A stretch of 61,990 nucleotides of DNA from a virus. Taxonomy: Duplodnaviria > Caudoviricetes. Of this stretch, positions 48,911 through 58,651 are shown piece after piece (position 1 is the stretch's first letter; each line of letters starts with the position of its first letter). Where the stretch lies: the IMG/VR virus record IMGVR_UViG_3300004461_001625, positions 1 through 61,990 of that record; one strand, 5' to 3'. Position numbers and translations under genes: made by a program. The notes beneath the pieces were generated by a model that made no database searches, was not told where the DNA came from, and was given only the letters and a program-made list of their open reading frames with translations.

Positions 48911-49819
48911 CTAGAACTTACCTTCACGGTTTCTGTAAAAACTTGTTACTTTAGGAATGTACATATAATTTTTTCCTTTGTCCTTGACGTTCATCATGAC
49001 TCTTTTAAACATGTCCCAATCAGCAGGTAATATACCACCTGAATTAGATGGTGCACCCTTTAGCTTAGGAGCAGTGTTTTTCTGTTGATCTGGATTTCTA
49101 TATCTTAATTTACCTATTATGCTAGGTCTCCAAGACACAGCAGAATGCGAAGTATCATTTGCTCCGTATCCTTTATTATTTAAATCCATATCATATTCTT
49201 TTTGCGGTTGCATAAATACTTTCTTTGCAGTATTATGAGCAGTTACTTTCTTTTTACTTCTAGTAAACACAAAACCTAAATCAGGAAATTGTGAGTACGC
49301 TTTAGCAATAGTCTCTAAGTGATTAGGAGCCCATTTATCATCATGATCTAATCGTATGATATAATCACAACCGTCTTTGTCTGCCATATTTAAGGAATCA
49401 TTTAATGCACCACAGCCTGCAGTAAATCTAATTTGTTTAGTTGTCCACTTTTTATTATTTCTTTCACCTGGTGTTGATCTATTCTTATATTGAATTTGAT
49501 CAGCAGGTATAATATCTTCTATTACTTTTTTAATTTCATTCTCATCACCTTCATATTTATCAGCAGTCAAATAAATTTTCCAGTTTTTATATTTTTGATT
49601 CTTAATAGAATTTAAAGCATCTGCTAAAACGCCAGGAGTTGTCATATGCTTTGCCCTCTGTTTGTTTGCAGCACCAGCATTCATATCATGAGTAGCCATC
49701 ACTATTCCAAACTTAATATCATTATCTATTTTTGATCCAAGATTTTTTTCTAAAAGAATTTGAAAATTTTCTTGGCCTATATAAGACTCTAATAAGTTAT
49801 ATTCTTCAAAAGTTATCAT
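48911..49819 (-). CDS. GT2-family glycosyltransferase
   Basis: IVMATH, SIKNQKYKNW, ALNDSL, RLDHDDKW, ADWDMF. Confidence 0.82.
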   Translation of the reverse strand: MITFEEYNLLESYIGQENFQILLEKNLGSKIDNDIKFGIVMATHDMNAGAANKQRAKHMTTPGVLADALNSIKNQKYKNWKIYLTADKYEGDENEIKKVIEDIIPADQIQYKNRSTPGERNNKKWTTKQIRFTAGCGALNDSLNMADKDGCDYIIRLDHDDKWAPNHLETIAKAYSQFPDLGFVFTRSKKKVTAHNTAKKVFMQPQKEYDMDLNNKGYGANDTSHSAVSWRPSIIGKLRYRNPDQQKNTAPKLKGAPSNSGGILPADWDMFKRVMMNVKDKGKNYMYIPKVTSFYRNREGKF

Positions 49820-50931
49820 TTATTAAAAAATGTTTTTATAGACTTTATAATTCTTTTCATATCTTTGTTTGTAAGATCTGAACCTGAAGGTAAACAAATA
49901 CCTTGTAAGAATAATAAAGAACTGTTTCCATTTATATATTTTTTATATCCTTGCATAACTGGTTGTTCATGCATTGGTTTCCAAATTCTTCTTGCTTCTA
50001 TATTATCATTAGCTAAATGGTCAATTAAATCTTCTGGTTTATCTTCACCTTTCATAAGAGCACAGCTTAACCACATATTAGATCTATCAGTTTCTCTCTC
50101 TTCTTGAAAAGAATAAAATAAATTACCTACTTCTTTTCTATAAATTTGATTAATTTCTCTTGTTCTTTTTATTCTATCTTCTATAGACTCCATTTGGCCT
50201 ACACCAATTGCAGCAAGAACATTACTCATTCTATAATTATAACCTATTTCAGTATGATGATAAAATGGTTTTTTATCTTTAGCTTGCGTAGATAAAAATC
50301 TCATATAATCTGCAAGTTTATCATCATTGGTTACAATAACCCCACCACCTGAGGTAGATAATAACTTATTTCCATTAAAAGAATAAACACCAATAGGACC
50401 AAAGGTTCCTGTGTGCTTATTATTAAAAGTAGATCCCAAACTTTCAGCGGCATCTTCAATAATAGGTATGTCATATTCATCTGATAATTTTTTAATTGCA
50501 TCCATATTACATGGTACTCCAAAAATATGGACGGGTATAATAGCTTTTGGTTTTTTACCTAAAGCTGTTGAATTAAGAATTGCTTTTTCTAATAGTATAG
50601 GATCCATATTCCATGTACCTTCTTCTGAATCAATAAAAATAGGTTCAGCACCACAGTAAATTATAGGATTAACGGTTGCTACGAAAGTTAATGAAGAACA
50701 TAAAACATAATCACCTTCTTCAACCCTTAATGCTCTTAATGCTAAATGAATACCTGCAGTTGCTGAAGTAACAGCTACTGCGTATTTAGAATTAGTATAT
50801 TCTTTAACAGTATCTTCAAACATATTAAGATGTGGCCCAATTGGAGCTATCCAATTATCTTTAAACACATCATTAATATATTCTAACTCTTTGCCTGACA
50901 TATGAGGCGGTGAAAGATAAATTTTTTTCAT
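49816..50931 (-). CDS. pglE: DegT/DnrJ/EryC1/StrS sugar aminotransferase (PglE-like)
   Basis: IYLSPPHM, IEDAAESLG, SFNGNKLLSTSGGG, GYNYRMSN, CLPSG. Confidence 0.88.
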   Translation of the reverse strand: MKKIYLSPPHMSGKELEYINDVFKDNWIAPIGPHLNMFEDTVKEYTNSKYAVAVTSATAGIHLALRALRVEEGDYVLCSSLTFVATVNPIIYCGAEPIFIDSEEGTWNMDPILLEKAILNSTALGKKPKAIIPVHIFGVPCNMDAIKKLSDEYDIPIIEDAAESLGSTFNNKHTGTFGPIGVYSFNGNKLLSTSGGGVIVTNDDKLADYMRFLSTQAKDKKPFYHHTEIGYNYRMSNVLAAIGVGQMESIEDRIKRTREINQIYRKEVGNLFYSFQEERETDRSNMWLSCALMKGEDKPEDLIDHLANDNIEARRIWKPMHEQPVMQGYKKYINGNSSLLFLQGICLPSGSDLTNKDMKRIIKSIKTFFNK

Positions 50932-51509
50932 AATTTTATTTTAACAGGATTTCCATAAGCAGTAATTCCATCAGGTAAATTTTTTGTAACAACTGAGCCT
51001 GCACCAATCATACAATTTTTACCAATTTTAATATAAGGTAATATCACAGCACCTGCTCCAATAAATGTACCTTCTCCAATTTCTACACCACCACACAATG
51101 TTGCATTAGGTCCTATAAAACTAAAGTCTCCTAATATACAATCATGATCTATTGATGCCGCCGTATTTATTATACAATGCTTTCCTATTTTAGTACCAAC
51201 TTGTATTGTAGAATTATGCAATATCTGAGAACCCTTCCCAGGATTAATATTTCTATCCAAAACAGCCGAGTCATGAATTACTGTAATATAACAATCATTT
51301 CCTAATAATTCTGCTATTCTTTTTCTTGAACTATTATTACCAATAGCAATTAACCAATCACCTTCTATATTATTATTATAAGGATCAAAATCCCCAACTT
51401 CTTTTTCATAACTTTCATCATCCCAAAATTTTATTTGTTTAGGGTGTGTATTATACAAAACAGAACTTATTACTTTTGCATGCCCGCCTTTTCCGTAAAT
51501 ATTAATCAT
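50928..51509 (-). CDS. pglD: sugar N-acetyltransferase (PglD/NeuD-like)
   Basis: YGKGGHAKV, IAIGNN..R, IDHDC, hexapeptide repeats. Confidence 0.88.
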   Translation of the reverse strand: MINIYGKGGHAKVISSVLYNTHPKQIKFWDDESYEKEVGDFDPYNNNIEGDWLIAIGNNSSRKRIAELLGNDCYITVIHDSAVLDRNINPGKGSQILHNSTIQVGTKIGKHCIINTAASIDHDCILGDFSFIGPNATLCGGVEIGEGTFIGAGAVILPYIKIGKNCMIGAGSVVTKNLPDGITAYGNPVKIKL

Positions 51510-53379
51510 TTATTTTTGCAAATTTTTCTATTTCTTCTTCAGATAATTCTAACCTATCCCAACCACCAGAAGGTAAAAATGTTTTAACATATTTTCTTCT
51601 TTCTTTTTCTAATTCATTATGATCATTAAAAAATTCATTAATGCAATAATATTTTTTAATATTCTCATTTAATATTATAGAAAAATTTGTCACAGAACTT
51701 ATTCTTCCTATAAAAATAGGAAATTTAGATAGCATATGTACATCTCTAAAAAGCTCATATGCATTATCTTTCTTTTCCCAGTTAAGTATTTGTTGAGTAA
51801 CTTGAGAATCTGTTTGGTCGGTTAGGTCTACTCTTTCTATATTAAAATAATAAATAGGTGGAAGATCGGAAAACGTTTTTAAATACTCAATGCTCTTTAC
51901 TGCATCACTTGCTATAAAAATCTTATTAATATTAGGATTTTCTTTTATAACCTTACGAATTAAAATAAGGTAATCACTTAACTCTGCCTTACCCCACTCT
52001 GTATGTAAATTCATATCAGTAGTTCTTAGATGAACTCCTAATGTATTAGAATCTAACTTCCACTTTTTATAATAATTATTTACATCATTTATTAATGAAG
52101 GTTTCCATTTACATAATGTATTGACGACCTTTCTCATAATAGGCAAAAGATCCTTATCCCTTTTATTAGTAATAAGATTAGTACAAGGTATTATATAATT
52201 ATCATTACATAGATTAGGGCGATAAAGATTTAATACTTTATTATTTTCGTTTGGAGATTGATCAAAAACAAAATCAAACCAATTAGGAACTCTTCGTAGT
52301 CCTTTATTGTCTTTAAGCCAATGGCTTTTAATATGCTCACCTAATTTTATATAAATTGATGGTGCTTCTTCTATTGTTTTTAGCAACTTAGGATTATGTA
52401 CAAGAGATTTAACCATTACTTCTAATTGAGAAAGTGTCCCACCGCCGTCTAAATTAAAATCAATAGTTAAATTATCCGAAGATTCACTTTTTAAAAGATC
52501 AGATAAACCTGACCTCCAAATAATATCGCCAAAACTTAAGTGTTTAAAACATTCTTTAAAATTATGCTTAATTTCTTTTTCTTTTGAATTGTAAAATTCA
52601 GAAGTTAATTTATTGCTAGTTAAGATATCATATAATTCTTCAGCTGTATTAAAAAATATCATACCATCTGTATTAAACCCTTCCCATTGCTTAGTATCTT
52701 TATGGCCCCATATTATAGGAATAGTACCAGTTAACATACAATCTAAATGTTTCTCTGTTAAAAAATAAGGAAATTCGTTTTCTACAACTATTTCATATCT
52801 ATAATCCTTTAATACATCAATCTTTTTTACAGGATTATTCCAATCAACAGTCTTAGGTATTTTATTTTTTATATAGTCCCTTGCAGTATGTCTTAATATA
52901 TGCCCTTGCAGCCCAAGGTTTTTATTAGACCATATAGCCGTGACATTTTTACTTTTATTATAAATTTTTCTTTCATTAGAATCAATAAAAGTTCTGGAAC
53001 CAGCTATATAATACTTATACTTTTCCGGATATTTACCTGTGCCTTTCCATGCAGGGTAATGAACAAATATTAAATCAAATAAATGTTCATTCTCTAAAAT
53101 CCAAGAATGTAAAGCTCTATTAAAACTCATAGGTTCCATTTGAACCATAACTTTATATTTTTGATTTGAATTTTTAACTATAGTTTCTAAATTATCTAGT
53201 GAACCGTCATAATCTACAAAAATAGCAACATCTGTAGGATCATTAGTCCATTCTATATACTGACTAGGTGTAGAAGGTAAATGCCCAGCCCTCTCCTCAT
53301 TTCCAAAGTTCCATTTATCCCAATATAAATTAATTTTTCTTTTTTTATTCATTGCCTTCTCTTTTAAATTCAGGAACAA
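51502..53379 (-). CDS. two-domain glycosyltransferase: GT10-like N-half plus GT23/NodZ-like C-half
   Basis: YRYEIVVEN..FLTEK..C..GTIPIIWG (GT10); GGGTLS, LGVHLRTTD, IFIASD, DVHMLSK..IGRISSV (GT23). Confidence 0.75.
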   Translation of the reverse strand: MFLNLKEKAMNKKRKINLYWDKWNFGNEERAGHLPSTPSQYIEWTNDPTDVAIFVDYDGSLDNLETIVKNSNQKYKVMVQMEPMSFNRALHSWILENEHLFDLIFVHYPAWKGTGKYPEKYKYYIAGSRTFIDSNERKIYNKSKNVTAIWSNKNLGLQGHILRHTARDYIKNKIPKTVDWNNPVKKIDVLKDYRYEIVVENEFPYFLTEKHLDCMLTGTIPIIWGHKDTKQWEGFNTDGMIFFNTAEELYDILTSNKLTSEFYNSKEKEIKHNFKECFKHLSFGDIIWRSGLSDLLKSESSDNLTIDFNLDGGGTLSQLEVMVKSLVHNPKLLKTIEEAPSIYIKLGEHIKSHWLKDNKGLRRVPNWFDFVFDQSPNENNKVLNLYRPNLCNDNYIIPCTNLITNKRDKDLLPIMRKVVNTLCKWKPSLINDVNNYYKKWKLDSNTLGVHLRTTDMNLHTEWGKAELSDYLILIRKVIKENPNINKIFIASDAVKSIEYLKTFSDLPPIYYFNIERVDLTDQTDSQVTQQILNWEKKDNAYELFRDVHMLSKFPIFIGRISSVTNFSIILNENIKKYYCINEFFNDHNELEKERRKYVKTFLPSGGWDRLELSEEEIEKFAKIND

Positions 53380-54406
53380 TACTTTTCATTAATAGAAGTA
53401 TTTTGTAAAAATCATTTGATCTAATTTTAGATAACTTTTCTATTTTAGGAATAAGTGTTTTAAAGTCATAATCTATATGATTAAGTTTCATTATATTATT
53501 ATCTTCGGTAGTTACCATATTTTCGCCATCACATAATAGTTCTTCATATAGCTTTTCACCGGGCCTTAATCCTATGTATTCTATCTTAGCTTTACTTTTA
53601 AAATGTTTAATAAGATTTTTTGCTAAATCATTTATACTTACAGGTTCTCCCATATCAAATAAAAATACTTCTCCACCTTTACCTAATACACTCCCCTGTA
53701 AAACCAATTGGCATGCCTCAGGTATAGTCATAAAGTATCTTATAACTTCTTTATGGGTAACACTTACAGGACCACCGCTTTTAATTTGTTTTAAAAATGT
53801 TGGAATTACTGAGCCTTCAGATCCTAATACATTACCAAATCTTGTTACTATAAAATTAGTGGCTGACTTAGTTTCTAAAAACTGAGTATATAATTCTGCT
53901 ATTCTTTTCGTAGCACCCATTATGTTTGTAGGATTAACTGCTTTATCTGTTGATACCATAACAAATTTATCAACCTCATTCATAAAAGAAATATCAGCAA
54001 CATTCTTTGTTCCTAGAACATTTGTTTTAATTGCTTCAATTGGATTAGCCTCCATCATAGGAACATGTTTATAAGCAGCTGCATGAAATACTACGTTAGG
54101 TTTAAAGCTTTCAAAAACTTCTTCTAATCTATACTTATCTCTTACATCACCTATTACATATTTTATATGAGATTTTGGATTTGACCTACTAATCTCTTGT
54201 TCCAAATGAAACATAGATGCTTCAGCATTATCAAAAACAGTTACTGATGAGGCATTAAAATTAACAAGTTGTCTTACTATTTCACTACCTATTGAACCTG
54301 CACCACCGGTTACAAGTATTCTTTTACCTTTAATAAAATCTTTTATTAACTTAAGATCAGTTACTATAGGCTTGCGATTAAGCAGCTTAGAATAGTTTAA
54401 TTTCAT
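53345..54406 (-). CDS. pglF: UDP-GlcNAc 4,6-dehydratase (PglF/CapD catalytic domain)
   Basis: TGGAGSIGSE, HAAAYKHVP, STDKAVNPTNIMGATK, RFGNVLGS.GSV, GLRPGEKLYEEL. Confidence 0.9.
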   Translation of the reverse strand: MKLNYSKLLNRKPIVTDLKLIKDFIKGKRILVTGGAGSIGSEIVRQLVNFNASSVTVFDNAEASMFHLEQEISRSNPKSHIKYVIGDVRDKYRLEEVFESFKPNVVFHAAAYKHVPMMEANPIEAIKTNVLGTKNVADISFMNEVDKFVMVSTDKAVNPTNIMGATKRIAELYTQFLETKSATNFIVTRFGNVLGSEGSVIPTFLKQIKSGGPVSVTHKEVIRYFMTIPEACQLVLQGSVLGKGGEVFLFDMGEPVSINDLAKNLIKHFKSKAKIEYIGLRPGEKLYEELLCDGENMVTTEDNNIMKLNHIDYDFKTLIPKIEKLSKIRSNDFYKILLLMKSIVPEFKREGNE

Positions 54407-55149
54407 ATATTATTTATTTGAGACACTAACCAATCCAATTCTACTTGACTAGCAGAATCAGAAATAGCATTCTCAGGATCAGGGTGTGTTTCAATAAATA
54501 CGCCATCATATTCAAAAATCTTTGCTGCTTGAGCATATTGTTTAGCTAATTTACGACTACCTCCAGTTATACCTTCTCCAGCCATTTGGGTTGAATGAGT
54601 ACAATCTAAAATAACTTTGTCTGCAAATTCTTTCATTACATCTACACCTCTAAAATCTACAATTAATCTATCATAACCAAAATTAGATCCTCTTTCAGTT
54701 ACCCACACTTCACAATTAGGATCAACTTCCTTTATCTTTGCAACTGCATGTTTCATTGATTCAGCAGATAGCCATTGACCTTTTTTAATATTAATTATAT
54801 TAAAGTTTTTTGCACATGCAATTAAAAGATCTGTTTGTCTGCATAAGAATGCTGGTATTTGAATAACATCAACAACTTCAGACAGTGGTAATGCTTGGTT
54901 AGGATTATGAATATCAGTTACAATTTTAATGTTAGGATAATGGTGTTTGACTGTTCTCATAATTTCCATCCCTTCATCTAAACCTGGACCTCTATCTGAA
55001 TGTATTGAAGTTCTATTAGCTTTATCAAAAGAACCTTTGAGATACCATTCCTTGGTTCCCATGTAGCCATCTAAAGTTTTTGCTACTTCTAAAAAGTTGT
55101 CCTCGTTTTCAATACTGCAAGGACCAAGTATATATGTATAGTTTTTCAT
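54403..55149 (-). CDS. kdsA: Kdo-8-phosphate synthase
   Basis: GPCSIE, KGSFDKANRTS, QIPAFLCRQTDL, NIKKGQ, ERG..FGY, DCTHS, ETHPDP. Confidence 0.93.
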   Translation of the reverse strand: MKNYTYILGPCSIENEDNFLEVAKTLDGYMGTKEWYLKGSFDKANRTSIHSDRGPGLDEGMEIMRTVKHHYPNIKIVTDIHNPNQALPLSEVVDVIQIPAFLCRQTDLLIACAKNFNIINIKKGQWLSAESMKHAVAKIKEVDPNCEVWVTERGSNFGYDRLIVDFRGVDVMKEFADKVILDCTHSTQMAGEGITGGSRKLAKQYAQAAKIFEYDGVFIETHPDPENAISDSASQVELDWLVSQINNI

Positions 55150-56924
55150 TACCCATCACAGCTTAAACATTCTTCCATTGCTGATTTAGCAATATCTCCT
55201 CTTAATACAGATTCAGTTCTCATATAATAAAGAGTTTTAATTCCTTGCTTCCATGCTTCAAGATGAACTTGATTAATCCATTTAGGAGTAGCTTCTTTTG
55301 GAAAAGCAAGATTTAAAGAAACTGCCTGATCTACATATTGTTGTCTTATACCACCTTGTCTTATTAAATCTAATTGATTAATTTCTTTAAATGTTTTAAA
55401 TACATCTTTAAAAGGAACGCCTTCTTGAAATTCTGGTACATCTTTACATTTAATTAACATACCTTTTAAGAAACACCAATCATCTAAAAATTTAAGACCT
55501 TGTACAGAACCACCATCTGCCATGATCTTATCCCATACTTTTTTATTATTATGTCCCATTTTTTCTAAGTAACCTAATAATTGTTGATTCTTTCTAATAA
55601 AAGTCCCTTTGGCCGATTGATCTGTCCATATATTAGCAGGTACTGGTTCTATACCAGCAGAAATTCCACCAGCTAATTTTGAATTAGACACTGTTGGAGC
55701 AACTGCTCTTAGGTGAGTATTTCTAAAGCCAGTATCTCTACACCATAAAGGTTCTCCGTACGCCTCGGCAAGATCTCGGCTTGCCCTTTCACTTTCTACT
55801 TTTATTTGAGAAAATATATTACGAGTTTCATACTGTGCTTCTAAACCTTCAAACGCAATACCTCTTTGTTGCAAATAAGTATGCCATCCTAATACACCTA
55901 AACCTACTGCTCTACCTTTTTCTGCTGTTCTTACGGAGTTTTCAAAACCTTTTCTATATTTAGCCTTTTGAATAAATTCTTCAAGTACACCGTCTAAAAA
56001 CCATGTTGCATCATAAATAAGATTAGTATTTTTCCATTCATCATATTTAGAAAGATTAAGAGAACTTAAACAACAAACAAAAGAATGATTTTCATCTGTA
56101 TGTAAAACAATTTCAGAACAAATGTTAGTCATAAATACTTTTAAACCATTTCTCTTGTATGCCTCAGGATTTTGTTTATTAACATTTCCTCTATACATTA
56201 TATAAGGTTGCCCAGTCTGTCTTCTTTTTCTTTGGACTGCTGCATACCTTTTTCTAGATTCTGCATCTCCTTCTAAAACATTTCTCATAAACTTATCACC
56301 TATGACAACACATTGGTTTGTATTTAAACACTGTCTATTAATATCACCTTTAGGTTCTCTAATTTCTAACCATTCCCAAAAATCTCCATGTTCTATACTT
56401 AAATTAGTACTTGCTGCTCCTCTTCTAACCGCTCCTTGATTAGTGGCAAGAATTGTAGAATCATTAATTTTAATAAAGGGTACTACACCATCGCTTGTTC
56501 CATTATCAGTTATATTAGATCCGGCTGGTCTGATTTGATTATGACCTACTCCTACACCACCACCATGTTTTGCTAATAACATAAGTTCTAAATTCTTTTG
56601 GCCTATATCATTAATGCTATCCGCTACATCTATACCAAAACAACTAATAGGTAAACCTCTTTCAGATCCAGTGTTGCTTAATACTGGTGATGCTAAATTT
56701 AACCACCCTTTCCAAATGTACTTCATAAACTTATCTGCCATTTCTGGTTTCTTAAGCCTATTAGCTACAGTTGTTGCTACTCTCCAGTATGCATCCTTTG
56801 GGGTTTCTCCTGGTAAACAATATCCTCTTGATATTGTATTTAAGTAAACATCGGTATGCCCCCAGTCAGGATAATCAACGCCTCTTTCCCATCCTAATTC
56901 TTTTTCTATTTGATCTGCTGTCAT
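55149..56924 (-). CDS. nrdA: class I ribonucleotide reductase alpha subunit (no ATP cone)
   Basis: LPISCF, TNICSEI, VCCLSS, AVAPTVS, KTLYY, C-terminal CLSCDG. Confidence 0.95.
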   Translation of the reverse strand: MTADQIEKELGWERGVDYPDWGHTDVYLNTISRGYCLPGETPKDAYWRVATTVANRLKKPEMADKFMKYIWKGWLNLASPVLSNTGSERGLPISCFGIDVADSINDIGQKNLELMLLAKHGGGVGVGHNQIRPAGSNITDNGTSDGVVPFIKINDSTILATNQGAVRRGAASTNLSIEHGDFWEWLEIREPKGDINRQCLNTNQCVVIGDKFMRNVLEGDAESRKRYAAVQRKRRQTGQPYIMYRGNVNKQNPEAYKRNGLKVFMTNICSEIVLHTDENHSFVCCLSSLNLSKYDEWKNTNLIYDATWFLDGVLEEFIQKAKYRKGFENSVRTAEKGRAVGLGVLGWHTYLQQRGIAFEGLEAQYETRNIFSQIKVESERASRDLAEAYGEPLWCRDTGFRNTHLRAVAPTVSNSKLAGGISAGIEPVPANIWTDQSAKGTFIRKNQQLLGYLEKMGHNNKKVWDKIMADGGSVQGLKFLDDWCFLKGMLIKCKDVPEFQEGVPFKDVFKTFKEINQLDLIRQGGIRQQYVDQAVSLNLAFPKEATPKWINQVHLEAWKQGIKTLYYMRTESVLRGDIAKSAMEECLSCDG

Positions 56925-56944
56925 TTTTATTTAATTTTCTTTGG

Positions 56945-57547
56945 TCATCTTGACCATTCAATATTTCTTTTTATTATTTTTGCAGGTGTACCTGCAATTA
57001 TTACATTACTTTCTTCAAATGATTTATTAACCAATGATGATGATCCAATAACACAGTCATCTTTAATATTAACACCCTTCATAATTTTACTATATGCACA
57101 AACCCAAACATGATTTCCTATGATAATATCAGAAGGATTATTAATTCTATCGTGAGTACCTTTTTCATATATAAAATGGCTATCACCAGTTCTCATTTCA
57201 ATATCATGAGCAAATAAACAGTCATTACCTATGATCACCTTTTTACCTTCTAATGATGCTATATGTAATCCTTCAATCCTTGTATTATTTCCAATTATTA
57301 TAGAAGTATTATATTCTAACCAAAGTAATGCATTTTGATGAATCCTAGTATTAGATTTAATATGTAAAATAGAATCTGATCCTTCAAAGCGAAATTTAAC
57401 ATTATATAATTTAACACCTTCATCAATAATCAAAGTATTATTTTGACCGTATGTTAGGATTTCACAATTTACCATTTCAACCGATGAGTGAATGTTAATT
57501 ATATGACCTTTTATTTCTAAGTCATTTTTTATGTTATTTATATACAT
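56945..57547 (-). CDS. hexapeptide-repeat (left-handed beta-helix) acyltransferase
   Basis: IGNDCLFA..RTGDSH..RIN..IIIGNHVWV, AGTPAKIIK. Confidence 0.85.
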   Translation of the reverse strand: MYINNIKNDLEIKGHIINIHSSVEMVNCEILTYGQNNTLIIDEGVKLYNVKFRFEGSDSILHIKSNTRIHQNALLWLEYNTSIIIGNNTRIEGLHIASLEGKKVIIGNDCLFAHDIEMRTGDSHFIYEKGTHDRINNPSDIIIGNHVWVCAYSKIMKGVNIKDDCVIGSSSLVNKSFEESNVIIAGTPAKIIKRNIEWSR

Positions 57548-57556
57548 ATTTAAAAT

Positions 57557-58552
57557 TTACCAAATGTCATCCCAATCATCACCTTCACCTGCTTTAGCAT
57601 AATCAGTTGGTCTGATTGCAAAAAAGTCAGTATGGGTATGGCCGCCTGTTAAATGATAAAACCAGTCTAAAGCATCAGCTGATTTTTCATCATATTCAAA
57701 TATCGGATCTAATCCTAATTCTTGTAATTTTTCATTTGTTCTTCTATAAATAAAATTCTTTAAGTCGTAAGCCTTTAAATTTTCAATATCACCCATTTCA
57801 AAAATCTTATCAATATAATCATGCTCCATATCTACCATTAACTTTGCAGCTTCATAAATAGATTCTTTAACATCGTCCCTTAATGTTTCATCCTCAGAAC
57901 ACATATGATTAAATAACCTACATCCCATTTTAGAATGCAACGATTCATCTCTTACGGACCATTTCATCTGTTGGCCAATTCCTTTTAAAAGATTTCTCAT
58001 TTGAAAACTATATAAAACTGCGAATGAACTATATAAAGATACACCTTCAGCAAATGCAGAAAATATTGCAAGACTTCTAGCAACTTCCTTTCTTGCATCT
58101 TTATTTTTTAATAAATCTTTATCAGTATAATCAGCCTTTGTTGACATTAAGAAGTCAAATTTATCAGCCATTGAAGGTTCATGTAAAAATGCAGTATAAT
58201 CTTCAAGACCTAATGTTTCATTTAAATAACTATAAGCAACTGCATGAATTGTTTCTTGTGAACCAAACATCATTGCCATTTGTCTTATCTCATGTTTAGG
58301 AAACCATTTTGTAACCATTCCTGTCCAATAATCAGATACTGCACATTCAGTTTGAGCAAACCCTAAAAGAATATTGCCTACTAAGTTTTTTTCATGAGGT
58401 TTTATATTTTCATTCCAATCCTTTAAATCACCTTGCATTGATATTTCAGTATGTAACCAAAATGCTTGTGCTTGTGGTAGCCAACCATCCAAATAATATT
58501 CAGGGTATTCAAAAGGTTTATATTCGACTCGATTAGTGAAAAGTTTGCTCAT
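57557..58552 (-). CDS. nrdB: class I ribonucleotide reductase beta subunit
   Basis: KPFEYP, ETIHAVAY, EGVSLYSSF, RDESLH, DFFA.R.TDY. Confidence 0.95.
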   Translation of the reverse strand: MSKLFTNRVEYKPFEYPEYYLDGWLPQAQAFWLHTEISMQGDLKDWNENIKPHEKNLVGNILLGFAQTECAVSDYWTGMVTKWFPKHEIRQMAMMFGSQETIHAVAYSYLNETLGLEDYTAFLHEPSMADKFDFLMSTKADYTDKDLLKNKDARKEVARSLAIFSAFAEGVSLYSSFAVLYSFQMRNLLKGIGQQMKWSVRDESLHSKMGCRLFNHMCSEDETLRDDVKESIYEAAKLMVDMEHDYIDKIFEMGDIENLKAYDLKNFIYRRTNEKLQELGLDPIFEYDEKSADALDWFYHLTGGHTHTDFFAIRPTDYAKAGEGDDWDDIW

Positions 58553-58575
58553 AGTTTTTTATTATTTTAGACAAA

Positions 58576-58605
58576 ACATGCAACTCAGTAAAAGTAGTTG
58601 CATGT
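58576..58605 (-). other. perfect 10-bp hairpin in the nrdB leader (terminator or regulatory element)
   Basis: ACATGCAACT-N10-AGTTGCATGT followed by TTTG; a GAATAAATA motif lies upstream at 58626..58634. Confidence 0.6.
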
Positions 58606-58651
58606 CGTTAATTAGTATTGTTTTTTATTTATTCTACTTAAGACTTGAGTT

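Noticed and set aside
48911-55149. Bacterial LPS/capsule locus indicating host contamination or a prophage boundary
   Set aside because: The genes share strand, composition and tight packing with flanking phage genes and are interleaved with nrdAB; no wzx/wzy, integrase or att site was seen
6344-58299. Other short plus-strand or nested ORFs in the track (e.g. 10366, 10914, 12000, 14094, 18673, 20052, 23502, 23938-24207, 26949, 49865, 50331, 50411, 53574, 55781, 56614-57113, 58093)
   Set aside because: They lie within or across well-supported genes; those near 24 kb are alternative readings of the tandem repeat
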